NCBI GenBank assembly: GCA_002269645.1 | Contig: NIVC01001653.1 | Coordinates: 1 to 64,000, forward strand | Direction: 5' to 3' | Origin: Macrostomum lignano | Lineage: Eukaryota | DNA length: 64,000 nt | Part shown: piece by piece, positions 47,901 to 61,235 of the stretch | How positions within the stretch are numbered: the stretch's first letter is position 1 | Layout: each line of letters begins with the position of its first letter | Notes under the pieces: generated by a model | Told to the model about the DNA's origin: nothing | The model's input: only the letters and a program-made list of their open reading frames with translations | The model's database searches: none | Made by a program: the position numbers and the translations under genes

Positions 47901-50900
47901 TGACCGAGTCTAGATCTACTTGTGAACGGCCGAGTCTAGATCTACTTGTGAATGACCGAGTCTAGATCTACTTGTGAATGACCGAGTCTAGATCTACTTG
48001 TGAATGGCCGAGTCTAGATCTACTTGTGAATGACCGAGTCTAGATCTACTTGTGAACGGCCGAGTCTAGATCTACTTGTGAATGACCGAGTCTAGATCTA
48101 CTTGTGAATGACCGAGTCTAGATCTACTTGTGAATGGCCGAGTCTAGATCTACTTGTGAATGACCGAGTCTAGATCTACTTGTGAATGCCGAGTCTAGAT
48201 CTACTTGTGAATGGCCGAGTCTAGATCTACTTGTGAATGCCGAGTCTAGATCTACTTGTGAATGCCGAGTCTAGATCTAATTGTGAACGGCCGAGTCTAG
48301 ATCTACTTGTGAACGGCCGAGTCTAGATCTACTTGTGAATGACCGAGTCTAGATCTACTTGTGAATGCCGAGTCTAGATCTACTTGTGAAACGGCCGAGT
48401 CTAGATCTACTTGTGAATGACCGAGTCTAGATCTAATTGTGAACGGCCGAGTCTAGATCTACTTGTGAATGACCGAGTCTAGATCTACTTGTGAATGACC
48501 GAGTCTAGATCTACTTGTGAATGACCGAGTCTAGATCTACTTGTGAATGGCCGAGTCTAGATCTACTTGTGAATGACCGAGTCTAGATCTACTTGTGAAT
48601 GCCGAGTCTAGATCTACTTGTGAATGACCGAGTCTAGATCTACTTGTGAATGCCGAGTCTAGATCTACTTGTGAATGCCGAGTCTAGATCTACTTGTGAA
48701 CGGCCGAGTCTAGATCTACTTGTGAACGGCCGAGTCTAGATCTACTTGTGAATGCCGAGTCTAGATCTAATTGTGAACGGCCGAGTCTAGATCTACTTGT
48801 GAATGGCCGAGTCTAGATCTACTTGTGAATGCCGAGTCTAGATCTACTTGTGAACGGCCGAGTCTAGATCTACTTGTGAATGCCGAGTCTAGATCTACTT
48901 GTGAATGGCCGAGTCTAGATCTACTTGTGAACGGCCGAGTCTAGATCTACTTGTGAACGGCCGAGTCTAGATCTATTGTGAACGGCCGAGTCTAGATCTA
49001 CTTGTGAATGACCGAGTCTAGATCTACTTGTGAATGACCGAGTCTAGATCTACTTGTGAACGGCCGAGTCTAGATCTACTTGTGAATGACCGAGTCTAGA
49101 TCTACTTGTGAATGACCGAGTCTAGATCTACTTGTGAACGGCCGAGTCTAGATCTACTTGTGAATGCCGAGTCTAGATCTACTTGTGAATGACCGAGTCT
49201 AGATCTACTTGTGAATGACCGAGTCTAGATCTACTTGTGAATGACCGAGTCTAGATTTACTTGTGAATGACCGAGTCTAGATCTAATTGTGAACGGCCGA
49301 GTCTAGATCTACTTGTGAATGGCCGAGTCTAGATCTACTTGTGAATGACCGAGTCTAGATCTACTTGTGAATGACCGAGTCTAGATCTACTTGTGAATGC
49401 CGAGTCTAGATCTACTTGTGAATGACCGAGTCTAGATCTACTTGTGAATGACCGAGTCTAGATCTACTTGTGAATGACCGAGTCTAGATCTACTTGTGAA
49501 TGACCGAGTCTAGATCTACTTGTGAACGGCCGAGTCTAGATCTACTTGTGAATGACCGAGTCTAGATCTAATTGTGAATGACCGAGTCTAGATCTACTTG
49601 TGAATGGCCGAGTCTAGATCTACTTGTGAATGACCGAGTCTAGATCTACTTGTGAACGGCCGAGTCTAGATCTACTTGTGAATGGCCGAGTCTAGATCTA
49701 ATTGTGAACGGCCGAGTCTAGATCTACTTGTGAACGGCCGAGTCTAGATCTAATTGTGAACGGCCGAGTCTAGATCTACTTGTGAACGGCCGAGTCTAGA
49801 TCTACTTGTGAATGACCGAGTCTAGATCTACTTGTGAACGGCCGAGTCTAGATCTACTTGTGAACGGCCGAGTCTAGATCTACTTGTGAATGACCGAGTC
49901 TAGATCTAATTGTGAACGGCCGAGTCTAGATCTACTTGTGAATGACCGAGTCTAGATCTACTTGTGAATGACCGAGTCTAGATCTACTTGTGAATGACTG
50001 AGTCTAGATCTACTTGTGAATGGCCGAGTCTAGATCTAATTGTGAACGGCCGAGTCTAGATCTACTTGTGAACGGCCGAGTCTAGATCTAATTGTGAACG
50101 GCCGAGTCTAGATCTACTTGTGAACGGCCGAGTCTAGATCTACTTTTGAATGGCCGAGTCTAGATCTACTTGTGAATGACCGAGTCTAGATCTACTTGTG
50201 AATGAAAGAGTCTAGATCTACTTGTGAATGGCCGAGTCTAGATCTACTTGTGAATGGCCGAGTCTAGATCTACTTGTGAATGAAAGAGTCTAGATCTACT
50301 TGTGAATGACCGAGTCTAGATCTACTTGTGAATGACCGTGTCTAGATCTAATTGTGAACGGCCGAGTCTAGATCTAATTGTGAATGGCCGAGTCTAGATC
50401 TACTTGTGAATGACCGAGTCTTGATCTAATTGTGAATGACCGAGTCTAGATCTACTTGTGAATGACCGAGTCTAGATTTACTTGTGAATGACCGAGTCTA
50501 GATCTAATTGTGAACGGCCGAGTCTAGATCTACTTGTGAACGGCCGAATCTAGATCTACTTGTGAATGACCGAATTTAGATCTACTTGTGAATGACCGTG
50601 TCTAGATCTAATTGTGAACGGCCAGTCTAGATCTACTTGTGAATGACCGAATCTAGATCTACTTGTGAATGACCGAGTCTAGATCTACTTGTGAACGGCC
50701 GAGTCTAGATCTACTTGTGAATGACCGAGTCTAGATCTACTTGTGAATGACCGAGTCTAGATCTACTTGTGAATGAACGAGTCTAGATCTACTTGTGAAC
50801 GGCCGAGTCTAGATCTACTTGTGAATGACCGAGTCTAGATCTAATTGTGAATGACCGAGTCTAGATCTACTTGTGAACGGCCGAGTCTAGATCTACTTGT

Positions 50901-53824
50901 GAATGACCGAGTCTAGATCTACTTGTGAACGGCCGAGTCTAGATCTACTTGTGAATGGCCGAGTCTAGATCTAATTGTGAACGGCCGAGTCCAGATCTAC
51001 TTGTGAACGGCCGAGTCTAGATCTAATTGTGAACGGCCGAGTCTAGATCTACTTGTGAACGGCCGAGTCTAGATCTACTTGTGAATGACCGAGTCTAGAT
51101 CTACTTGTAAATGGCCGAGTCTAGATCTACTTGTGAACGGCCGAGTCTAGATCTACTTGTGAATGACCGAGTCTAGATCTAATTGTGAACGGCCGAGTCT
51201 AGATCTTATTGTGAATGACCGTGTCTAGATCTACTTGTGAATGACCGAGTCTAGATCTACTTGTGAATGACCGAGTCTAGATCTACTTGTGAATGGCCGA
51301 GTCTAGATCTAATTGTGAACGGCCGAGTCTAGATCTACTTGTGAACGGCCGAGTCTAGATCTAATTGTGAACGGCCGAGTCTAGATCTACTTGTGAACGG
51401 CCGAGTCTAGATCTACTTGTGAATGACCGAGTCTAGATCTACTTGTGAACGGCCGAGTCTAGATCTACTTGTGAATGACCGAGTCTAGATCTACTTGTGA
51501 ATGACCGAGTCTAGATCTACTTGTGAATGGCCGAGTCTAGATCTACTTGTGAATGACCGAGTCTAGATCTACTTGTAAATGACCGAGTCTAGATCTACTT
51601 GTGAATGACCGAGGCTAGATCTACTTGTGAACGCCTGAACGGCCGAGTCTAGATCTTCTTGTGAATGGCCGAGTCTAGATCTACTTGTGAACGCCTGACC
51701 GAGTCTAGATCTTCTTGTGAATGGCCGAGTCTAGATCTACTTGTGAATGACCGAGTCTAGATCTAATTGTGAATGACTGAGTCTAGATCTACTTGTGAAT
51801 GGCCGAGTCTAGATCTAATTGTGAACGGCCGAGTCTAGATCTACTTGTGAACGGCCGAGTCTAGATCTACTTGTGAATGGCCGAGTCTAGATCTACTTGT
51901 AAACGGCCAAGTCTAGATCTACTTGTGAATGACCGAGTCTAGATCTACTTGTGAACGGCCGAGTCTAGATCTACTTTTGAATGGCCGAGTCTAGATCTAC
52001 TTGTGAATGACCGAGTCTAGATCTACTTGTGAATGAAAGAGTCTAGATCTACTTGTGAATGGCCGAGTCTAGATCTACTTGTGAATGGCCGAGTCTAGAT
52101 CTACTTGTGAATGAAAGAGTCTAGATCTACTTGTGAATGACCGAGTCTAGATCTACTTGTGAATGACCGTGTCTAGATCTAATTGTGAACGGCCGAGTCT
52201 AGATCTAATTGTGAATGGCCGAGTCTAGATCTACTTGTGAATGACCGAGTCTTGATCTAATTGTGAATGACCGAGTCTAGATCTACTTGTGAATGACCGA
52301 GTCTAGATCTACTTGTGAATGACCGAGTCTAGATCTAATTGTGAACGGCCGAGTCTAGATCTACTTGTGAACGGCCGAATCTAGATCTACTTGTGAATGA
52401 CCGAATTTAGATCTACTTGTGAATGACCGTGTCTAGATCTAATTGTGAACGGCCCAGTCTAGATCTACTTGTGAATGACCGAATCTAGATCTACTTGTGA
52501 ATGACCGAGTCTAGATCTACTTGTGAACGGCCGAGTCTAGATCTACTTGTGAATGACCGAGTCTAGATCTACTTGTGAATGACCGAGTCTAGATCTACTT
52601 GTGAATGAACGAGTCTAGATCTACTTGTGAACGGCCGAGTCTAGATCTACTTGTGAATGACCGAGTCTAGATCTAATTGTGAATGACCGAGTCTAGATCT
52701 ACTTGTGAACGGCCGAGTCTAGATCTACTTGTGAATGACCGAGTCTAGATCTACTTGTGAACGGCCGAGTCTAGATCTACTTGTGAATGGCCGAGTCTAG
52801 ATCTAATTGTGAACGGCCGAGTCCAGATCTACTTGTGAACGGCCGAGTCTAGATCTAATTGTGAACGGCCGAGTCTAGATCTACTTGTGAACGGCCGAGT
52901 CTAGATCTACTTGTGAATGACCGAGTCTAGATCTACTTGTAAATGGCCGAGTCTAGATCTACTTGTGAACGGCCGAGTCTAGATCTACTTGTGAATGACC
53001 GAGTCTAGATCTAATTGTGAACGGCCGAGTCTAGATCTTATTGTGAATGACCGTGTCTAGATCTACTTGTGAATGACCGAGTCTAGATCTACTTGTGAAT
53101 GAAAGAGTCTAGATCTACTTGTGAATGGCCGAGTCTAGATCTAATTGTGAACGGCCGAGTCTAGATCTACTTGTGAACGGCCGAGTCTAGATCTAATTGT
53201 GAACGGCCGAGTCTAGATCTACTTGTGAACGGCCGAGTCTAGATCTACTTGTGAATGACCGAGTCTAGATCTACTTGTGAACGGCCGAGTCTAGATCTAC
53301 TTGTGAATGACCGAGTCTAGATCTACTTGTGAATGACCGAGTCTAGATCTACTTGTGAATGGCCGAGTCTAGATCTACTTGTGAATGACCGAGTCTAGAT
53401 CTACTTGTAAATGACCGAGTCTAGATCTACTTGTGAATGACCGAGGCTAGATCTACTTGTGAACGCCTGAACGGCCGAGTCTAGATCTTCTTGTGAATGG
53501 CCGAGTCTAGATCTACTTGTGAATGACCGAGTTTAGATCTAATTGTGAATGACTGAGTCTAGATCTACTTGTGAATGGCCGAGTCTAGATCTAATTGTGA
53601 ACGGCCGAGTCTAGATCTACTTGTGAACGGCCGAGTCTAGATCTACTTGTGAATGACCGAGTCTAGATCTACTTGTGAATGGCCGAGTCTAGATCTACTT
53701 GTGAATGGCCGAGTCTAGATCTACTTGTAAACGGCCAAGTCTAGATCTACTTGTGAATGACCGAGTCTAGATCTACTTGTGAACGGCCGAGTCTAGATCT
53801 ACTTGTGAATGGCCGAGTCTAGAT
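35926..53824. repeat. ~17.9-kb satellite array with 25/26-bp unit GAGTCTAGATCTACTTGTGAA(TGA/TG/TGG/CGG)CC, roughly 690 units
   Basis: Continuous tandem units with no unique spacers. Every unit carries overlapping TCTAGA and AGATCT palindromes. Confidence 0.99.
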
Positions 53825-54078
53825 CAGGGGGGTCGCCACCTGGGGGGGGGCACATGCCAATGCTTTGTCATCCCACCTCACCTTGTGACCTGTTGTGGTA
53901 TTCAATAAGTTTGCTTCAGGGCGCCAGAATATAGCGCCTTTGACGCCAAGAGAGTGCTAGCAACACCGATTCTCAAAATAATGTACATGTAGGAATTTAG
54001 TCATGTACATGTAGCTCTTGCCTCGTAGAATTCTTAGCTTTGTACCCCCCCCCACCATGAAATCCATGGCGAGGACTG
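53825..54078. mobile_element. Possible MITE-like element with imperfect CAG..TCGCCA / G-run termini
   Basis: The left end CAGGGGGGTCGCCACCTG9 resembles the reverse complement of the right end, CAGTCCTCGCCATGG...G-run. No clean TSD was seen. Confidence 0.3.
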
Positions 54079-55198
54079 AGTCTATCTTCTCCTAAATAAC
54101 CGACTCAATCTCATTTTTAAAGTGACTGATTCAGTTTAAATTTGGCTCTGCTCGTAGCTCCTGCTTGGGGGGGGAGGCAGAAGCATCTGTTTAACCTGAA
54201 ACTGAAATCCATGTTTACTGACTTCACTGGCCAAACATGCAAGTTCGCATTCGCTTCTCCGTTAACCCCCCCCCCAAGGCGAAGGAATTGCCGGAAAACG
54301 TGTCTGACTGCATTGTTTGCCAATAGTGTCTACCTCCTGAACCTGTGGAACCATGGCGATTTAAAACAAAGTTAATCTTAAATAGTTGTACCAAGGACCA
54401 CTGTAGTACAACGGGACGGACAACTCAAAGATTGCGGCGAAAATTTTCAGAATGTCGATTTCATGCAAAAAAAACACTGCGAACATTGGGAACACATTTT
54501 TTATCACAAAATCAATGATTGCTTTTGATCTGGGGCAGTGAAGATTACCATTCTATTAATTTAGCACGCAAAACACGTTACTCAATTGTATTTTATACGC
54601 TCGTAGTTGTGCAGCGAAAGTTTCAATTTTGTATTGTCTTGTTTTTTTATAAGCCCAAGCCAAAGTTGTAAATACTCAAAGGTGAATTTTTTTGTTTTGT
54701 TTCAAAAATCCATAATATCCATATGGCTGTACTTTCGTACTTTTAGGATCAAGTTAATCACATTTTTAATGGACGCTGCACATCCTGAGAAACTTCTGCA
54801 TCTTACACCATAATGTACTCCCCAGGATGCTTTCGGCACCTTATCATTGGCCAGCCAATGGTAAGAGAGACGGTATGCTTCACTATCCCACGTGAAACGG
54901 CTGCTTATAGTGAGATAGAGATGCTGAAAGCAAGTCAATAGAAATCTAATGACAACTGCTGATGAGGCGCCAGTCTCTGCGTTGGAGTTACTGCTGCATT
55001 AAATCCCAACCTTAGTATATCCGTGATGGATCAAAGTTGAATGAATTCATGGAGTTCAACATCAGCGCTTCAGTTGATAACGCAACATCCGGTTCAGGGG
55101 ATCTGCACCCAGCCTCCGTGTTCTTCTCTGCCTGGCTGGGTAAACACACTGACGTATATTGTACCAGAATTCTCTTTATTTAACGTATCTTTATTCTG

Positions 55199-56097
55199 GA
55201 GTGATTCTCAGGGTTGGGAGGCAACAGATCAGGAGTGATTCTCAGGGTTTGGAGACAACAGATCAGGAGTGATTCTCAGGGTTTGGAGACAACAGATCAG
55301 GAGTGACTCTCAGGGTTTGGAGACAACAGATCAGGAGTGATTCTCAGGGTTTGGAGACAACAGATCAGGAGTGATTCTCAGGGTTTGGAGACAACAGATC
55401 AGGAGTGACTCTCAGGGTTTGGAGACAACAGATCAGGAGTGATTCTCAGGGTTTGGAGACAACAGATCAGGAGTGACTCTCAGGGTTTGGAGACAACAGA
55501 TCAGGAGTGATTCTCAGGGTTGGGTGACAACAGATCAGGAGTGACTCTCAGGGTTGGGAGACAACAGATCAGGAGTGACTCTCAGGGTTTGGAGACAACA
55601 GATCAGGAGTGACTCTCAGGGTTTGGAGACAACAGATCAGGAGTGACTCTCAGGGTTTGGAGACAACAGATCAGGAGTGACTCTCAGGGTTTGGAGACAA
55701 CAGATCAGGAGTGACTCTCAGGGTTGGGTGACAACAGATCAGGAGTGACTCTCAGGGTTGGGAGACAACAGATCAGGAGTGACTCTCAGGGTTTGGAGAC
55801 AACAGATCAGGAGTGACTCTCAGGGTTTGGAGACAACAGATCAGGAGTGACTCTCAGGGTTTGGAGACAACAGATCAGGAGTGACTCTCAGGGTTTGGAG
55901 ACAACAGATCAGGAGTGACTCTCAGGGTCGGGTGACAACAGATCAGGAGTGACTCTCAGGGTTGGGAGACAACAGATCAGGAGTGACTCTCAGGGTTTGG
56001 AGACAACAGATCAGGAGTGACTCTCAGGGTTTGGAGACAACAGATCAGGAGTGACTCTCAGGGTTGGGAGACAACAGATCAGGAGTGATTCTCAGGG
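55199..56097. repeat. 34-bp minisatellite (GAGTGACTCTCAGGGTTTGGAGACAACAGATCAG)n, about 26 copies
   Basis: Tandem units are visible. Confidence 0.96.
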
Positions 56098-57283
56098 ATC
56101 AAGCAGAGCAGGACAGTTTTTCAATGGGGCAGATTAGGAGTGATTAGGAAAAAACCACCCAAAGCATTTCCTTGATGCCGTATTTGCTATTGAGTGTTCC
56201 TGTTTCAAGCTATGACCTCTTGAAGTGCAATACTTGCTGATTTTCTAAGGCAAAACTATTTTTTTAAGAGCAGCGAACTGAAGTTGTAATCACGCAGGTT
56301 TTTCACTTCAAGGATACTTCATGACAAAAAGCTAGCTTTTAATCAAAATTCTAACGCAGAGTGATCAAGGCTGGATATTGATTTATAGGTAGCTGGGATA
56401 CCCACCAATGCAAGCTGTTAGCCAGCTTCAGCTGTGACGCTGTTGTCGTTGGATCTCACATCCGGGATGTCAGCTTACTTTAAGAGCTTGAAAGCTGGTG
56501 AGCTGGTGAGCTACTCAATGACAGGAAGAGCTCCAAAGAGCACAAGGGCAATTTGCTGGTTCTAGTAGCTAAGCGTCGACCTAATTATTCTCCAGGATAT
56601 GGCGAAATATATTGATTGACCTTGCAGTTAAAAGCTTGATTCTTTCTATCCCCTATCTTCCCTTCCTCTTATCTTCCCTTGATTAATGCGAAAGAAATCC
56701 AAAATCCAATTCTTTCCACTGGAACAATGGAATGCAGAACTCATGTGCAACCCGTTACCTGGCGCAAGCAAATAAAGAACTCTTACGGAAATGGTTGGGA
56801 AGGCAAGCAATCATGCTCATCCCTCTGACACCTGAGCTTGATAATCAATTACCTAGTCAACGTGAGGTCCGGGGGTTCGGTAATTATGTTGGCGGAAAAA
56901 TTAGTGACCGTGGCTCAAGAGTCACGGCTCAAAAGTCACGGCTCAAGTTCCTGTGCACTGGGTTCTCAAATCGTATTTTGTAATTATTCGATCCTAGTCA
57001 TAAAATTATCATCATAGCGTTGGTCCCTAAAATTCACAGAACTCTGCAAAATTTTATGGCATGATAAAATATAATTGACTGTTGGTCACTTTCGAATTTC
57101 TGATGTTAAATTGCTCATATGGCTAGCATTACTTCGGAAAATGTTGTAGCATCCCTCGTAGATTAGCTTAAACAATTACATGCAAAAGCAGCCAAAAAAC
57201 AATGCAGCACTTAAATCGAAGCGCCCTGATCTGATGCCGAAACCGCCTCTTATTGAATGCAATCGCTGCCCCCCCCCGCTCAG

Positions 57284-58200
57284 CTCTGGCCATCTGCTTT
57301 GGAGCCGCCGGCAACGCCGTCATCACCCTCACCATCGCCACCACCCGCCAGCTGCACATCACCCCGAACGTCTACTTGGCCAACCAGGCTGTGGTAGACT
57401 TTCTCGTCTCGACCGTGACCACACCGGGTCTGTTAGCGAACTACGCTGGCAGTCCGACCAGGTTCGACTTCGACATGTCAGCGTGCTGCGTCCACTGCTG
57501 CGTGGTGCTGGCCTACGCCGGGATGCTGTTACTCGAGACCAGCCTCTACAACATGGCCCTGGTGGCGGCCAATCGCTACCTGTTTATCGCTCGCTCGCAG
57601 TCGACGTTCAACAAAATCTTCAATCGTCGTGGCGTGGCGATCAGCCTGGTCCTCGTCTGGCTGGTGCCGGCCTTGTTCGCCCTGCCGCCCCTGCTCGGGC
57701 TCGGCCGCTACGGCCTGAACGAAGCGTTCGGCGCCTGTCTGTTCTTGTCGAACCACCAGCCCAGCTACTACTACATCCTGGGCTTCGGCTGTCTGGCCGT
57801 TGGCTTCCCAGCGCTCGGCGTCTCTCTGGGCTGCTACATCGGCATCTACGTGGCCTACCGACGGTCGCAGAAGGCGGTCGGAGGCGACGCTAGCTCACCA
57901 GCCGTCGCTACGACGACAGGCGGAAGCGGAGTCGGCGGCAAGGCGAAAGAGTCGCGTAGCTCAGCAACTAGGCTGGCTCGAAGCCTCTTCATCACTTGGT
58001 GCCTGTTTCTAGCGCTGTGGGGCCCGATCATTCTGGTGACCCTGTGTAACCTGCTGGTGCCCCGGCTGCTCACAATGACCCGCCTGCTGTTCCTCATGGC
58101 GGTCAGCAACAGCGCCTGCAATCCGCTGCTCATGCTCGCCACCAACCAGCGCCTGCGTGAGGCTGCCGTTCGGAAGCTGCTTCGTCGACGACGTGGTTAA
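57284..58200 (+). CDS. Class A (rhodopsin-like) GPCR, main exon; NRY-type (melatonin/Tre1/Moody-like motif); N-terminal exon not located
   Basis: Seven-TM pattern: TM1 GN, TM2 NVYLANQAVVDF, TM3 ending NRY, TM4 W, an ECL2 Cys, TM5 GFP, TM6 LWGP and TM7 NSACNP. A polypyrimidine-CAG acceptor at 57281-83 falls inside TM1. Confidence 0.9.
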
Positions 58201-59082
58201 AAACTGCAGCTTATTTTAGCCATGACGTCATCATCAGAAGTTACTGTAATCTTTGATCGAACAAGTTTTCTAACCCTATAAAAGTCCTTCGTAATCCTGC
58301 CTAATCAACTAATGCCAGCAGCCTTGGTTCCGTGTGTTTCTGACCAATTAATTGCCTGTAGTCCTATTTAAACATATCAAATCGCTTCGTTGCACGCATT
58401 ATTTTTTACAAAAGTTTATCGATATATTTTATATAGTACGAGAGCCTGCTGCAACGCTGGTAACAGACAAGAGCAAATACTCAGTAGCACAAAGCAGTCA
58501 GTATAGAGCCATCGTGAATGACGTGAACTGTACGTGATAATTTTATTCACACAGTCACGTACAGCGGAGACACCAGCCGGATGCTGATTCTTCACCACGT
58601 GCCAGTGAGCGGCAACAGCAGGCCACAAGCGAGTGACAATAAACGATTTTTTTCCAGTTAGACATTTCGCCAACAAAAGTTGCACTCTTTCCATTCTTGA
58701 TGATGCTTCCAAGCCGTCTGATTCTTTTTTCTGATCGTTAGTCATAGAGTGAGCTCAGGGCAAGGCGTGTTTTAATGGCACCTTCGAAAAGCGAAATCAA
58801 TAGGGAATCTGCTTTTGTAAAAAAATATAACCGCTTTACTGATCTATTAGCTCTCAAGCCCGATAGTGAATGGTACTTAAACACTCGCTTTTAGCAACCA
58901 AACTCTTTCAGGGATACGCTCAAGAATATCCCTGAATTTTTTACAACAATGATCTTGTTTCAATCCAAAAAAACGTTAGCGATCGTGGTCCATTGAAACT
59001 AGCAAACCCATTGATTCGCAGAAAGCATTATTTTTGTATGACTAAAGTGCATAAACTTACGAGCAGAAGGCAGCCGCGGGTT

Positions 59083-59560
59083 TATGTTGTTGTTGAGACC
59101 GCCCTGCAGTACAATGCTGAGACCTGGACGCTGACCGGGGCGCTTGAGGCGCAGCTCGACGCGGCACATGCGGCCCTAGTCCGCGCCGCTCTCGGCGCCC
59201 GCCGCGGCCCTGGCAGTGAGACAACCGAGTCCCTGTACAAGCGCACAGGCCTGACGCGGCCTTCTGCCCTGCTGAGTCAGCGGCGCCTGCGGCTGGCCGG
59301 ACATGTCATCCGGGCCGAAGCTTACTGCCCAGAGCCGCTGCAGGACGTCCTGTTGTGGACACCGCAGGGACCGCGCAGGCGTGGCCAGGGACGATCAGCC
59401 CGCTACGTCGACCGCCTTTTTGAAGATGCGCGAGCACCCAGCCAGGCGGCCGGTGTGAAGCACATTAGAGACCTAGCTCTGAAACGCGCGATTTGACGCT
59501 CCCCCCTTTTGGCTCTTCTGTGGCTGGCGTGGGGCGTAACTATTATTATTATTATTATTA
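59083..59560 (+). mobile_element. 5'-truncated RTE-like non-LTR retrotransposon (3' end of ORF2 plus an (ATT)n tail)
   Basis: LQYNAETWTLT...RRLRLAGHVIR...PQGPRRRG matches the post-RT C-terminal motifs of RTE-clade LINEs. A short 3' UTR is followed by a TAT repeat tail. Confidence 0.8.
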
Positions 59561-60922
59561 AGTACTAACCTCGAATTACCAAATAAGCTTAACCTGCTCA
59601 GGTGTAATCTCAAATTATTTCAAACAGTTATTTTCAACATAGTTTAGAGACAGGATTTTAATACGAAGTTCTACATGCAGCTTGTGTACTAATTTCCATT
59701 ATTATCAGATCCGTTTACACAGGAATTGGCTCACCTCTAATCTTCTTTACCTTTCTCTTACATTTTCCTTTCAACTCTCCACTGCCTACCCAATTCCCAA
59801 TTGTAGGCTGAAGTGCACTGAGCCAGAAATCGCAGGTAAATCGATTTATAAGGGTCGTCACTCGGATTGCTGCATCGGCCACCAGGTAACCTGTGAGTAC
59901 CAAAGTACTCCGGTACGCCACTATGAGTCGCGAGAACTGCATTTAGTACGAGAGGGCGCTTTTTATCACTTCACAATGTCCTAAAGTAGATAGATATGAA
60001 CCCTGGGAAGCTCAATATTTATTCTAGTGGATGACAATAGCATTGAGGGAGGACGGAAGCCTGCAATTTAAGAAGATTTCCCGAGCTCATGGAGCTGAAT
60101 TTTTAATCTAGCTGAGTGCTCTTGGCTCTGAGACGCGGTAAATAATCTTTTCTGCTAGATAGATTTGGCAGACCCAATGCTGAAACAATTTGTGCTCCGT
60201 GATTAAACTGGGATTGGGATACGCAAGTCTTTCTCGGAAAAACATAAAAATTTCACTGCAACAGTTATTAGAGAATTCTATTTCAGATAGTTAAGTGGAG
60301 TTCGATTGCAGCAGAAATTAAAAGCATAAGACTTTTTATTCCTACTATTAGTAGCTATAATAATTTGGGGGCCCAGGCTTGATTCCAAGTGCAGTCACAT
60401 TAATTTGTGACCAAATTGAAATCTGCTCGTGCAATTAAGGCCCTTGAAGGCCAAACCCCAAGGCACAGTGAAGTGTACATGCCTAACGATAAATAAAGTC
60501 AGGGCCGCTGTACACTCCTGTGTGAGTGTGTGCCTGTGCGTATGACTGCGTACGTATCCGCGCGCTTGTGTGCCTGCTCAGAGTGAGAGTAATGCCTCTC
60601 GCCGGTTCTCACACAGCGCCCTGCCTCTAATAAAAACATAGTAGCTAGCGATCGAACTATTTCAAAACAGGTGGCAACTTTGGCTTGATTATTAAGCGGA
60701 AATGTCGTTTCCAATAGCAACAGTATAGTATATTTGAAACATTCTAAACGCCTTCAATTTTCGAAGCACTAGCACAGCAACTCGGCATACAAAAATATCG
60801 CAGACGCTATTGTTCTTGGAAATATCTGTCGTCGACTGCCTGAGAGCTTTTAAGAGCTTAGCTGGGCCACAGTAACAACAACAGTAACTACATTTATTGT
60901 GCAGCCTCTCAAGCTCAGTAAT

Positions 60923-60926
<4 letters not shown>

Positions 60927-60971
<45 letters not shown>

Positions 60972-60988
60972 CTCTCTCTCTCTCTCTT
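60927..60988. repeat. (CT)n microsatellite
   Basis: Directly visible. Confidence 0.95.
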
Positions 60989-61235
60989 GGAGACAGCCAC
61001 TTTCAGTTGAGGCCTCGCATTCTCTTGAACTACAGAGACAGACGGCGAAACGCAGCTGTGCGATCTCGCGGGCACAGACCGCCACCCCTTCGCCACTTCC
61101 AACTACCATTTTGTTAAGCAACTGTAACGGGGCATCGTCTGCAGTAAAAAAGATGCCAGCCCCCTCCCTGCACTGCTAAAAGAGACATACAATAGAGCAA
61201 CAGCAGCCACAGCGGCAGCAACAGTTCCAGAAAGC

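Noticed and set aside
35926-53824. CRISPR-like array (regular ~26-bp repeats with a palindromic core)
   Set aside because: There are no unique spacers and no cas genes, and the context is eukaryotic. It is a satellite.
55199-56097. Common origin with the 34-bp array at 1-700
   Set aside because: They share only length and short AGACA and GATCAGG words, and the rest does not align. This is probably coincidence.
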